Positions 29,572 to 39,104 of a stretch of DNA of 64,000 nt are shown here, one piece after another (position 1 is the stretch's first letter; every line of letters starts with the position of its first letter). A program made the translations under genes and the position numbers. This DNA comes from an uncultured Candidatus Saccharibacteria bacterium (lineage in GTDB: Bacteria; Patescibacteriota; WWE3; UBA101185; UBA10185), in NCBI GenBank assembly GCA_964615625.1, contig CAZTQT010000001.1, positions 12,438 to 76,437 of the forward strand, given 5' to 3'. The notes under the pieces were generated by a model. The model did no database searches and was not told the DNA's origin. It was given only the letters and a program-made list of their open reading frames with translations.

Positions 29572-32100
29572 TTAAAGTCTGTCTGTTGATTTCTTTTCAA
29601 AATCTTTTAAAGCAAGTTTTCTAGATTTACCGTTGTGTATATAGTAAGCTCCCATACCAGTCAAGATAGAAGATATTACTATGAATAATAGTTCTTCACT
29701 CCCTGTCTCTGGTACTGATTGGGTTGATTCTCCTAACACATTGTTTTGTACCTGTGTTTTATTTTGAGCGATATTGTTTGAAGTACTTCCTTGAACTGGA
29801 TTGGTGGTAATTGTAGCCAGGGCTGTATTCTTATGCCAACCATAAGGATACTTATTAAGATTGATAGCTATGCTACTTTCTCCTCTTTTACAGTGGTTAG
29901 TTGGTTTTATAATTATATTTTGCCAAGGAGCTACGTTGGCTAAGAATTCGTGACCATCGTTTTCTGTGTTGGATACTTTCCATGGATATTTTCCTGTACC
30001 ATCATCAATTTCTATATCAACTCTATCTGCATCAACTTGAACCCAAGTTAGTTGCATTCCCTTTACACCGTTTTTTTCTGCTGGCTTGAGTTCTATTCTT
30101 TCTATTGGTTCAGGTTTTTTCCAATGACATCTCGTATCAGGATGGAAAACAACCCTGTTCTTAAATGTTGGGTCATCGTTATCATCACCATCGAAACTTG
30201 GGGTAGCGTGGTATGCTTTGAAGGCATTCACCCTTTTACCTGTAAGTATTTTTCCACCCAGATCTCCAACATCGTCTCCTGTTTCTAAAACTATTCTTTT
30301 GACATCTTCTGGAGATAAAGTTGGGTTTTTACCCCATATTATGGCGGCTACGGCTGCTGCATATGGGCTAGCCATTGATGTACCATCCATTAGTTGATAA
30401 CTACCGTCGGCAGCTTCTGAGTCAACAATTTTTATATCATCAATGATACAACCATAATGTATTGTTGGGTCGTAATTACCGAGATTAACAGAAGGTGTTT
30501 GCCAGCGAATCCTTACAGTATTATAATTTTGCACGTGATTAGTGATACCTATTGATGCATAGCCTGCAAAAGTTTCGTTGTTCGCAAACACCTCTACCCA
30601 AGAGTAATTCTCATAAATTTCAACAGATAGTCTAGGTAACCCAGGGTTTCCGACAGGTGTCGGTAGAGAACAGTCGTAAAAAAATTGCATATACACTTGT
30701 TTTGGATCACTCATCGAGAATGAAGGTGAAAGTGTTATGTAAGAATCGGCTCCCGAGGCATACGTTCCAGATGGGAGCATAGCGTTTAAATCTGTGATTA
30801 AAGCTACATTACCGCTACCGTATTCTATAGTTCCCCAGTTGGGGTATGTTCCAGAGACATCAAGACCGCCTATATCTGGTGGGGTAAGGTTGTTAAAATC
30901 TATATTCACCATCCTTTTTCCCTCCAAACTAAGAATATTTTCACCAGGAGCGCCAACATCAACGGATTTTACACCGTAGTTTGAGAAAGTTGATAAATTA
31001 TCATGTTGATCGGTAGATGCTACAGATATTATGTTTGGCAAGTCATATGAAGCAGGGTACTCAGGAGTAATATCATTATTATCCCCAATACCATCAACCC
31101 CTCCGTTTCCTGCTGCAGCTACTACTAATCCGGGATATGTTTCTATAGCTTCTCTAAATGTCTCAGAATAGCTCGGACCTCCCAAACTCATATTTATTAT
31201 TTTTACTCCATGGGTTTTTGCATAAGAGATACTTAACAAAATATCTGTTAAATTAAAGCCACTGCTATCCCCAGCTCTTATGGGTAAAACTTTGACATTG
31301 TTATACCTGCTAATACCACTTATTCCTCCTGAATTATCTACAATACTGGCTATTATTCCTGCCACATGGCTACCATGACCGTCTTTATCATAAGGTTCGC
31401 TACTACCTAAAAAATCTACTCCTGGTACCAGGTTATTTTTTATATCTGTGTGATTTATAGCTACTCCTGTATCTATAACAGCAACAACTATATCTGACTT
31501 GTGTTTTGTTTCTATATCCCACATATCGCTTACATCCATATCCGCATCTTCTGTACCTGCGTTTCCAAAGAAAGATTGTCCTGTGTTTTCTAATGCCCAT
31601 TGTTGTTGATAGTGAGTATCATTTGGTGTGTAAGTAGGGTAGTAAATATAATTTGGTTCTACATATTCAACACGGGTATCTTTTTTAAGTTCTTCTATTT
31701 TTTCTTTTACACTTTTGCCATCAGATATTTTGTATGTTTCCACATTCATATTTTTTACAGATCCAACTTTTTTCAAATTTGCCAATTTTGCAATTTGGTT
31801 CGCTTCGGATTTATCATCAGAGTTAGATAGCCTTATCTCACTGTCTTTATATTTAACTACCACCTGTCCTTCTACATATTTTGGTCTACTTTTTTTATAG
31901 CTTATATTGGACCTTGAGGTAGAGTTTTTTGAAGACGGGTTAGAGAATATATTATGTTTCTCAGATTTATTCTGATTATTCTTTGTGAGCGCAATGACAA
32001 ATATCAAAAATGATATTGATAGAGCAGAAACGATAGGTGTGATGTTTTCTCGTTTAATTTTTATGAAAGGTTTATTTGAGTTTTTAAAAATACTATTCAT
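29572..32100 (-). CDS. Surface subtilisin-like S8 serine peptidase with C-terminal sorting signal
   Basis: N-terminal TM, propeptide, VIDTG, HGSHVAG, AAAGN, beta-rich insert, GTSMASP; C-terminal VPETG+TM+RKLALKDFEK. Start 32100 preferred because the longer ORF overlaps the upstream gene. Confidence 0.92.
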   Translation of the reverse strand: MNSIFKNSNKPFIKIKRENITPIVSALSISFLIFVIALTKNNQNKSEKHNIFSNPSSKNSTSRSNISYKKSRPKYVEGQVVVKYKDSEIRLSNSDDKSEANQIAKLANLKKVGSVKNMNVETYKISDGKSVKEKIEELKKDTRVEYVEPNYIYYPTYTPNDTHYQQQWALENTGQSFFGNAGTEDADMDVSDMWDIETKHKSDIVVAVIDTGVAINHTDIKNNLVPGVDFLGSSEPYDKDGHGSHVAGIIASIVDNSGGISGISRYNNVKVLPIRAGDSSGFNLTDILLSISYAKTHGVKIINMSLGGPSYSETFREAIETYPGLVVAAAGNGGVDGIGDNNDITPEYPASYDLPNIISVASTDQHDNLSTFSNYGVKSVDVGAPGENILSLEGKRMVNIDFNNLTPPDIGGLDVSGTYPNWGTIEYGSGNVALITDLNAMLPSGTYASGADSYITLSPSFSMSDPKQVYMQFFYDCSLPTPVGNPGLPRLSVEIYENYSWVEVFANNETFAGYASIGITNHVQNYNTVRIRWQTPSVNLGNYDPTIHYGCIIDDIKIVDSEAADGSYQLMDGTSMASPYAAAVAAIIWGKNPTLSPEDVKRIVLETGDDVGDLGGKILTGKRVNAFKAYHATPSFDGDDNDDPTFKNRVVFHPDTRCHWKKPEPIERIELKPAEKNGVKGMQLTWVQVDADRVDIEIDDGTGKYPWKVSNTENDGHEFLANVAPWQNIIIKPTNHCKRGESSIAINLNKYPYGWHKNTALATITTNPVQGSTSNNIAQNKTQVQNNVLGESTQSVPETGSEELLFIVISSILTGMGAYYIHNGKSRKLALKDFEKKSTDRL

Positions 32101-32164
32101 AGCAGTACTAATAATGATGCGTGTTTTTACCTGATTTGTAAACAGTTTTTCAAAGTTATCGTTA

Positions 32165-32443
32165 TCAGTTGGCAGTGTTTTTGCACGGAGCAAAATCGCA
32201 TTTAGGTGGGACTCTGCCAACAAAGCTACCATCAGGACATTTTCTTACATCTTGGGTGCAAAAAACAACCTCATCTTCTTCTGGTTCTTGTTCCTCTGTT
32301 TCTTTTACCGTTTCTATTTTTTCTGGAACTTTTTCTTGTTGTACCTCTTTTTTATTTTTGGAAGTTGTTAAGATACAAATTGTTATTAAGGATACCAATG
32401 CTAGAGATAAGATTATGACATACACAGTGGTCTTTTTACTCAT
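32165..32443 (-). CDS. Small TM-anchored 4-Cys domain protein
   Basis: TM, acidic linker, CTQDVRKCPDGSFVGRVPPKCDFAPC. Confidence 0.75.
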   Translation of the reverse strand: MSKKTTVYVIILSLALVSLITICILTTSKNKKEVQQEKVPEKIETVKETEEQEPEEDEVVFCTQDVRKCPDGSFVGRVPPKCDFAPCKNTAN

Positions 32444-32488
32444 ACTGTAATTGTAACATCTTGTTGTTATCTAATGTAAAATTAATAT

Positions 32489-33244
32489 ATGTTCAAACCC
32501 CACAAAACACTTGGCCAGAATTTTTTATCCGATAAAACAATTGCAAAGAAAATGGTAGCCGCACTAGAAATCAGTCAAAACGATATTGTTATTGAGATAG
32601 GTCCTGGGAAAGGTGTTCTAACATCAATTATTACAGAACTTCCTTACGGAAAATTTCATGCAGTAGAAATAGACAGGCGTTTGTATTTAGAGTTATTGGA
32701 AAAATATAAAAATATAGATAATCTTGAAATTCACTGCGACAATATTTTGCAATGGTTACCCAAATTTTCCGCGGATGGGAAGGTTAAAGTAATAGCTTCC
32801 GTTCCCTATTACATAACTTCACCAATAATTCACCAGCTTATAAAAATGAAAAACAGACCAGCTATTGCTGTTTTATTAATACAAAAGGAAGTTGCAGAAA
32901 AGATTAAAAGTACTGCACCAGATTCTTCCTACATGTCTTCTTTCACGCAAACTTTTTTTGATGTTACTTATTTAGGTAAAGTATCTGCTAAAGATTTTTG
33001 GCCGGTTCCAGAAGTAGATGGCGGGATATTGAAATTATCATTAAAGAATATTGATATACCATCAGAATTTGTACGAAAGTATGAGGGGTTTTTACACAGA
33101 GCTTATTCAAATCCAAGAAAAATGTTGAATAAGGTTTTTAAGAAAGATGAGTTAGAAAAAGGTAAAATAGAACCAACACTTCGAGCACAAAATTTGGATG
33201 CGGAGGAGTGGTTTAATTTTTATAAAGTATTAAATGAAGTTTAG
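32489..33244 (+). CDS. rsmA: 16S rRNA m6,2A methyltransferase RsmA/KsgA
   Basis: KTLGQNFL, IEIGPGKG, AVEID, ASVPYYITSPI, IQKEVA, FWPVPEVD. Confidence 0.95.
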   Translation: MFKPHKTLGQNFLSDKTIAKKMVAALEISQNDIVIEIGPGKGVLTSIITELPYGKFHAVEIDRRLYLELLEKYKNIDNLEIHCDNILQWLPKFSADGKVKVIASVPYYITSPIIHQLIKMKNRPAIAVLLIQKEVAEKIKSTAPDSSYMSSFTQTFFDVTYLGKVSAKDFWPVPEVDGGILKLSLKNIDIPSEFVRKYEGFLHRAYSNPRKMLNKVFKKDELEKGKIEPTLRAQNLDAEEWFNFYKVLNEV

Positions 33245-33968
33245 TATTTGCATACCAACATTAAATGAAGAGGGTTACATTGGAGGAATATTAGGATGTT
33301 TAGAGAAGCAAACACATAAGGATTTTGAAGTTGTTGTTGTAGATGGTGGTTCTGAAGATAAAACAAAAAATGAGGTAATGAAGTTTTCAAATAAATATCC
33401 AATTTCCTTTATTAAATCCCCCGAGCGTGGAGTGTCTTTCCAAAGAAACTATGCCGCAAAAAAATCAAAAAATGATTACCTAATATTTTTTGATGCCGAT
33501 GTTATGGTAGAAAACGATTTTCTTGAAAAGATAAACAAAGTAATAGAGGAAACTAGTGTTGATGTTTTAACTACTTGGAATAAACCCATTTCCGATAGAC
33601 CTGTAGATGAGTTTATATATCTTTTTATGAATATTTTTATGTTAGAGATGATAAAAAAAACCAATCCAGGGGCAATAGGTGTGTTTATTTGTGTGAAAAA
33701 AAGTTCTTTTGAGAAAATAGGTGGTTTTAGAGAGAACGTGAGTTTTGGTGAAGATTATGATTTAGCTAAAAGATTACATGAAAGTGGTTTTACCTATACT
33801 TTGTTGAAAAATCCAAAAGTTCATGTTTCGGTAAGAAGATTTGATAAAGAAGGAAGGCTTAATGTAATACTTAAAAACCTGAGAGCGGGCTCGTATTTTC
33901 TGGTGGATAAGAAACACTACATAGACAAAATCCAGGGTAAATTTAAACATGAGTTTGGGGAATTTTAG
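33234..33968 (+). CDS. Family 2 glycosyltransferase
   Basis: SICIPTLNEE, VVDGGSED, FFDAD, GEDYDL, SVRRF. Confidence 0.92.
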   Translation: MKFSICIPTLNEEGYIGGILGCLEKQTHKDFEVVVVDGGSEDKTKNEVMKFSNKYPISFIKSPERGVSFQRNYAAKKSKNDYLIFFDADVMVENDFLEKINKVIEETSVDVLTTWNKPISDRPVDEFIYLFMNIFMLEMIKKTNPGAIGVFICVKKSSFEKIGGFRENVSFGEDYDLAKRLHESGFTYTLLKNPKVHVSVRRFDKEGRLNVILKNLRAGSYFLVDKKHYIDKIQGKFKHEFGEF

Positions 33969-33973
33969 ATCAT

Positions 33974-34006
33974 GAGCCCGTCAAACCTTAGTTTGAAAGC
34001 GGGCTC
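33974..34006 (+). terminator. Hairpin after the rsmA-GT2 operon
   Basis: GAGCCCG-TCAAAC-ctta-GTTTGA-aag-CGGGCTC followed by TTATTT. Confidence 0.6.
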
Positions 34007-34130
34007 TTATTTAGGCCCGATATCTTCGAACCTGTACTCTTTTTGATCCCGTCCTAAATTTAGGGCGATATTAAGTTGTTAATATAAAAATATCCTACAT
34101 TAGCCGTGTCGTCAATGTTATACTTGCCTC

Positions 34131-35066
34131 ATGAAAACGCATGTACTACAATCCGAGCTTTGGGAGAAGTTCAAAAATGACTACGGAACTCCCGCTATAA
34201 GATCTGGGAAGATACTCTATACAAAGCATAAAATACCTTTTTCAAATTATTATTACGCTTACTGCCCACGTGTTAACCCATTTGATATTGATTTTGAAAC
34301 TTTAGAGAAATCTCTAGTGGACAATGATTGCATTGCTATTCATTTTGATGTTCCAGATGTTACAAAGAACAGTGATAGAGCAGAGGAGGCAGAGAGTATA
34401 TTGAAAGATAAGTGTGTTAAATCAGCGAGGGAAGAGTTTGCAAAAGGAAATTTCTTTTTAGATTTGAAAAAAAATGAAGATGAGATATTGGTGGGAATGC
34501 ACAAAAAACACAGGTACAATATAAAATTGGCGCAAAGGAAAGGAGTAGTTGTAAGAGCAAGTACTGAGGATGATGATTTTAATATATTCTTTAATTTATA
34601 TCGTGAGACAGGGCAGAGGCAGAAGTTTTTTGCGAGAACAAGGATATATTTGGAGAAAGTTTGGAAGGCTTTTAGGGAAAAGAATGCTGCGTTTATCTTA
34701 GTTGCTGAGTATGATGGCGAGCCTCTTTCTGCTTGGATGTTGTTTGTATATGACAATGTCCTATATTACCCATATGGTGGGTCTACTGAAAGAGATAAAG
34801 ATGTGCAAGCAAGTTGTTTATTGGGGTGGGAGGCAATAAAATTTGGGAAAAATAAGGGATGTGATTTGTTTGATATGTGGGGAGCAGCAGAAGATATGAG
34901 TAATAAAAGTGATCCTTATTATGGATTCTCCGTTTTTAAGGAAAAATTTGGGGCAAACCATGTAAATTATATAAATTCTTATGATTATGTTATCAACGGC
35001 CCTTTGTACAAAATGTTTACACTAGCGAATAATGTCAGGTGGAAACTGCTTAATATTTTAAAATGA
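34131..35066 (+). CDS. FemABX-family peptidoglycan bridge aminoacyltransferase
   Basis: HVLQS..W..FK, KKHRYNIKLAQRKGV, YYPYGGS, FDMWG, GFSVFKEKFG. Confidence 0.9.
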   Translation: MKTHVLQSELWEKFKNDYGTPAIRSGKILYTKHKIPFSNYYYAYCPRVNPFDIDFETLEKSLVDNDCIAIHFDVPDVTKNSDRAEEAESILKDKCVKSAREEFAKGNFFLDLKKNEDEILVGMHKKHRYNIKLAQRKGVVVRASTEDDDFNIFFNLYRETGQRQKFFARTRIYLEKVWKAFREKNAAFILVAEYDGEPLSAWMLFVYDNVLYYPYGGSTERDKDVQASCLLGWEAIKFGKNKGCDLFDMWGAAEDMSNKSDPYYGFSVFKEKFGANHVNYINSYDYVINGPLYKMFTLANNVRWKLLNILK

Positions 35067-35965
35067 TACCTAAATCGGATATAAGACAGGGTGATAAATG
35101 GGCTAAATATCTAGAAGAGATGGGGTGGAAATCTCATAGAACGTCTAATGGTACAAACATATATCATATAAAGACTTTTTTGGGATCTGTAATAAAAATA
35201 CAGAGACCACCGCTTTTAAGTAATAAAGATTTGCAGGAAATAGAAAGTTACTGTCTTCCGTTAAAGCCGTTATTTATTAAAATAGAGCCTTTTGTTGGGC
35301 AAGATGTTTCAGTGTTGGAGCAGGCAGGTTACATAGAAAGTAACGAGCCCTTAATACCCTCCTCAACAATCTATATTGATTTAACCAAGTCAGAAGAAGA
35401 TCTTTGGAACAGCGTATCTCATAGCGGTAAGTATTCTATAAGAAGGGCTCAAAGAGAGGGGACTGTTACTAGGTTTTATCAAAACCCTTTAGAGGAACGT
35501 TTGCCTGAATATTTCAATTTAGTAAAAGAGACGGGAAAAAGGAAACGTTTCTACGTGCAACCGATGAAGGATCTTACAGCAAAAGTAAGAATATACGGAA
35601 AAAACTGTCATTTAGTAACATCTTACAATCAAGAAGGAACGCTTTTAAGTGGTAAATTTTATTTATGTCATGACGATATGGTTTTATATTCCACAGGAGG
35701 TACATCTGAAGCTGGGTTAAAAACTAAAGCTGGGTATGAGTTACTGTGGAAATCTATTTTATATTTTAAAGGCCTTGGATATAAGGTTTTGGATTTAGAA
35801 GGTAAGGATGACCCACGGTTCCCACAAGCTACAAAAAACTGGGGAGGTTTCAGTCATTTCAAAGAAAAGTTTGGTGGTATTAATGTGGAATTTCCTTATC
35901 CGTATATTAAATATTTTAGCCCCATTTTGAAACTCCTTTCAAAATTTACAGATTTACCGTTTTAG
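35063..35965 (+). CDS. FemABX-family peptidoglycan bridge aminoacyltransferase (second paralog)
   Basis: DIRQ, IKIEP, IDLTKSEEDL, YSIRRA, LDLEG, GFSHFKEKFGG. Confidence 0.88.
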   Translation: MIPKSDIRQGDKWAKYLEEMGWKSHRTSNGTNIYHIKTFLGSVIKIQRPPLLSNKDLQEIESYCLPLKPLFIKIEPFVGQDVSVLEQAGYIESNEPLIPSSTIYIDLTKSEEDLWNSVSHSGKYSIRRAQREGTVTRFYQNPLEERLPEYFNLVKETGKRKRFYVQPMKDLTAKVRIYGKNCHLVTSYNQEGTLLSGKFYLCHDDMVLYSTGGTSEAGLKTKAGYELLWKSILYFKGLGYKVLDLEGKDDPRFPQATKNWGGFSHFKEKFGGINVEFPYPYIKYFSPILKLLSKFTDLPF

Positions 35966-35967
35966 AA

Positions 35968-38862
35968 TTATTCCTTCTCTGAGAATGGACATATCCTTTT
36001 ATAAGGGCAGAATCTGCAGCTTTGCCCAGGGTTTGGTTTAAAGTTTTTTTCTTTTATACCGTCAACAACGTCTTTAATGACCTTTTTCTGTGCATCTATT
36101 TGTTTTTGTGTTCTGTTGGTAGATATTTTTTCTCCAGCTTCTAGGTAATAAAAACTTAAAGAATCGGGTTTAATATTTAAAGCTTCTTCTGCAGCCATTT
36201 TATATATTGTCATTTGGACATCATCGTCAACTTCTTTTTGGGTTTTGGAATTTCCTGTCTTGTAATCTATTATTTCCACACTTCCGTTTGGAAGTTTATC
36301 TATCCTGTCTATTTTTCCCTTAAGTTTTATACCGTCTATATCAAGTATAAAGTCCTTCTCTATACCTAGGTGTTGTACATCAATATCTTTATTGGTTTGG
36401 TAGTATTTTTCTAAAATTTTCTTTCCTGACTCAAAACGCTCCTTTCTATGTTCTTCGTTTTCATACCCCAGAGGAATCCACTCTTTATCATATGTATCTA
36501 TTAAATCTTCAAAAGAAGTATCATTACCAAACATTTTTTTAGTGTGAAATATTTTTAATACGTTGTGTATTGTATTACCAAAATTTAACGCACTACTTGG
36601 AGGGGTAGGGACGTTTAAAATATAAGAGAACTTGTATCTTAATGGACAAGCTAAGTAATTATCTATTTGAGAATAACTTATTGTTGGTGGTGCTTTCCCA
36701 TCTCCCCTTATTATTTTTGGATCTCTAAAGCTTGTTTCAACACCAAATATGCTTGTTTGCTTTTCTTTATCTTCTTCTATGCCTGGCCCCACTTCTTGAA
36801 TTTTTAGACCTGTTTCCTGTAAATAGCCACTTGGGATAGTGTCTCTTTTACCCCCATAATTTTTACTCAATGTCATAAACAAATATTTTTTGGCCCTGGT
36901 CATTCCAACATAAAAAAGCCTCCTCTCTTCTTGTATATGTTCATCTCCTGTTGGTAACGTTTCTTTTATTAAATCTTCGGGTATCTCTATTGTGTCCTTG
37001 CGATTTCTGGTTGGGAATCTGCCAGAAATAAGGTTTACCATGAAAACTACAGGGAACTCTAACCCCTTTGATGAATGGACGGTCATTAGATTTATAGTGT
37101 CTATATCTTCTATTTCAGCTTGGGCAGGGTTTTCCCCAGCCTCAATAACCATATCAAGATAGTCTATAAAATTTATAAGTGTGGGTATTTCTTTTGCTTC
37201 GTTGTAATAATCAACCTCAAATCTTTGTATTTTTGTTAAAAAAAGATTCAGATTCTTTATACACAGTTCATTTTCTACTGTTTCTTCCTTTAGAAATTGC
37301 TCAAGGTATTTAATTGAATTTACTAGTTCAAATGTTATATCTGTTGGTGTAGCTTTAGTTGTTTTCTTTTGTGCATCTTCTATATTTTCAATTATAAATT
37401 TGATTTTTTCGTTTTTAGATTCTTTTAATTGTTCCCATAAATCAATTCTTTTAAACCTCGATTGGGATAAAGAGTAGGATATATCCTCGTAAGATATATC
37501 CAAACTTTCTATATTTAAAACTCTGTACAAACTCATTCCATCTGAAGTATCAACAACCACTTTTATTAAAGAAATTATGTCTCTTACCTCATCTCTATCG
37601 TAAAGACCTCTATTACCAACTAGTTGATAAGGTAGGCCTTTTTTCCTTAAAGCCATGACAAAGGGGTCTAAATGATTATTGGCTCTAGCTAATATTGCTA
37701 TATCTTTATAAGTATATTGGGGTTCCTTTGCTAGTATATCTACGATTTTTTGAATTACTGTATTAACTTCATTTTCAACAATATCTGCTTGTATTATTTC
37801 TGGAATTATTTTGTCTTTTTTATTTTTTCTTTCCTCTTGAGATACACTTATTAATTTTTTGGAAATACCCAATTTTGATTCTAATGTATCTGGGTTATTG
37901 TTTTGGATTAATTTATATGCTGGATCTAGTATCTCTTGGGTAGATCGGTAATTTTTTATTAACGTTACCATCTCTGCACTTTTGTAGTCTTCCATAAATT
38001 GCAAAATATTTGATATAGCAGCTCCTCTGAATTTATAAATTGATTGTGAGTCATCACCAACCGCCAACAAACTCCTGCCTTCATCTTTTTCACCAGTAGG
38101 GTAAAGGAGCTTTATAAGTTCATATTGAGAGTAATTTGTATCTTGAAACTCATCTACAAGTATATGTCTAAATTGTTTTTGATATTCAGATAGTATATTT
38201 GGACGAGTAGCGAACAGCTCTATCAGCCAAGATATTATATTGCCAAAGTCCATCATTGAATTTTCCACCTTTAACCTCTCATATTCTGTGTATATGTATG
38301 ACAACTCTTCATACTTTGATTTTTCTTCATCAGTCTCATATGTTGCCTGATAAACATATGCTTCTAAATCTTTTGGTTTTATATTTTCATCTTGAAGTTT
38401 TGATATGAATTTCAAAATCTCAGATATAAATTTGGTAGGATTTCCTAAAGGTCTGAAATAGTTAAGTTTGAGAGAGAATAGGTGCTTTTTTATTAACATC
38501 CATTGTTCAGCTCCAGAAATTATTTTATAGGAAGGATCTATTCCTATTTCAATACCTCTTTCTCTTAATATCCTATCTGCGAAGGAATGGAATGTACTAA
38601 CCCAAGGTTCTTCATATCCAAGAGGCATTATATCTCCAATACGAGAGACCATCTCCTCAGCGGCTTTATCGGTAAAAGTTAGTGCGAGTATTTCATTGGG
38701 TTTACAACCTTTTTCTTGTATTAGGTGTTTTATTCTCTCTGTAATAACTCTTGTTTTTCCAGTCCCAGCCCCAGCTACAACAAGAATAGGGCCTGATTTA
38801 TGTTTCACAGCTTTAAGTTGTTCTTCGTTTAATTCAGATTTTTCTTTTTTCACAATATCCAT
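35968..38862 (-). CDS. UvrD-family helicase fused to a C-terminal PD-(D/E)XK nuclease with Fe-S staple (AdnB-like)
   Basis: AGAGTGKT, VDEFQDTN, HSSKGLEF, EERRLFYVGMTRA; then YLACP, GKIDRID, IIDYKTG, CRFCPYKRIC. Confidence 0.92.
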   Translation of the reverse strand: MDIVKKEKSELNEEQLKAVKHKSGPILVVAGAGTGKTRVITERIKHLIQEKGCKPNEILALTFTDKAAEEMVSRIGDIMPLGYEEPWVSTFHSFADRILRERGIEIGIDPSYKIISGAEQWMLIKKHLFSLKLNYFRPLGNPTKFISEILKFISKLQDENIKPKDLEAYVYQATYETDEEKSKYEELSYIYTEYERLKVENSMMDFGNIISWLIELFATRPNILSEYQKQFRHILVDEFQDTNYSQYELIKLLYPTGEKDEGRSLLAVGDDSQSIYKFRGAAISNILQFMEDYKSAEMVTLIKNYRSTQEILDPAYKLIQNNNPDTLESKLGISKKLISVSQEERKNKKDKIIPEIIQADIVENEVNTVIQKIVDILAKEPQYTYKDIAILARANNHLDPFVMALRKKGLPYQLVGNRGLYDRDEVRDIISLIKVVVDTSDGMSLYRVLNIESLDISYEDISYSLSQSRFKRIDLWEQLKESKNEKIKFIIENIEDAQKKTTKATPTDITFELVNSIKYLEQFLKEETVENELCIKNLNLFLTKIQRFEVDYYNEAKEIPTLINFIDYLDMVIEAGENPAQAEIEDIDTINLMTVHSSKGLEFPVVFMVNLISGRFPTRNRKDTIEIPEDLIKETLPTGDEHIQEERRLFYVGMTRAKKYLFMTLSKNYGGKRDTIPSGYLQETGLKIQEVGPGIEEDKEKQTSIFGVETSFRDPKIIRGDGKAPPTISYSQIDNYLACPLRYKFSYILNVPTPPSSALNFGNTIHNVLKIFHTKKMFGNDTSFEDLIDTYDKEWIPLGYENEEHRKERFESGKKILEKYYQTNKDIDVQHLGIEKDFILDIDGIKLKGKIDRIDKLPNGSVEIIDYKTGNSKTQKEVDDDVQMTIYKMAAEEALNIKPDSLSFYYLEAGEKISTNRTQKQIDAQKKVIKDVVDGIKEKNFKPNPGQSCRFCPYKRICPFSEKE

Positions 38863-38944
38863 TTTACATTATTGGTGTTTAGATTTGATAAAGATCTAAT
38901 TTTCATTATAATTGTGTGAACTTAATAAGTAAGGAGAAGAGAAA

Positions 38945-39046
38945 ATGGTTAATATAGGTGTAGTGATTCTTGTTATAGTTATAGTTCTAGGGGTTTTGAT
39001 GGCAGTTTGTTTAAACTACTATGAAGAACACAAGGAGAAGTTGTAG
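38945..39046 (+). CDS. 33-aa single-TM peptide (not in the ORF track)
   Basis: MVNIGVVILVIVIVLGVLMAVCLNYYEEHKEKL; TTGATA-16-TATAAT promoter, AAGGAG SD, downstream terminator. Confidence 0.6.
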   Translation: MVNIGVVILVIVIVLGVLMAVCLNYYEEHKEKL

Positions 39047-39069
39047 CTTAGGAGAGTGTTATTTCTTAG

Positions 39070-39098
39070 AGGGATTTAATAGATTTTATTAAATCCCT
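39070..39098. terminator. Hairpin between the peptide gene and rmuC
   Basis: AGGGATTTAATA...TATTAAATCCCT followed by T-rich sequence. Confidence 0.65.
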
Positions 39099-39104
39099 TT
39101 ACTT

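Noticed and set aside
18611-30775. PSGTY pentapeptide shared by the 170-aa protein and the S8 insert
   Set aside because: Short, in non-equivalent positions, and plausibly chance.
34007-34090. GGTTCGAA (T-loop-like) on the minus strand and small palindromes between GT2 and femABX
   Set aside because: No T-stem, acceptor stem or cloverleaf could be built.
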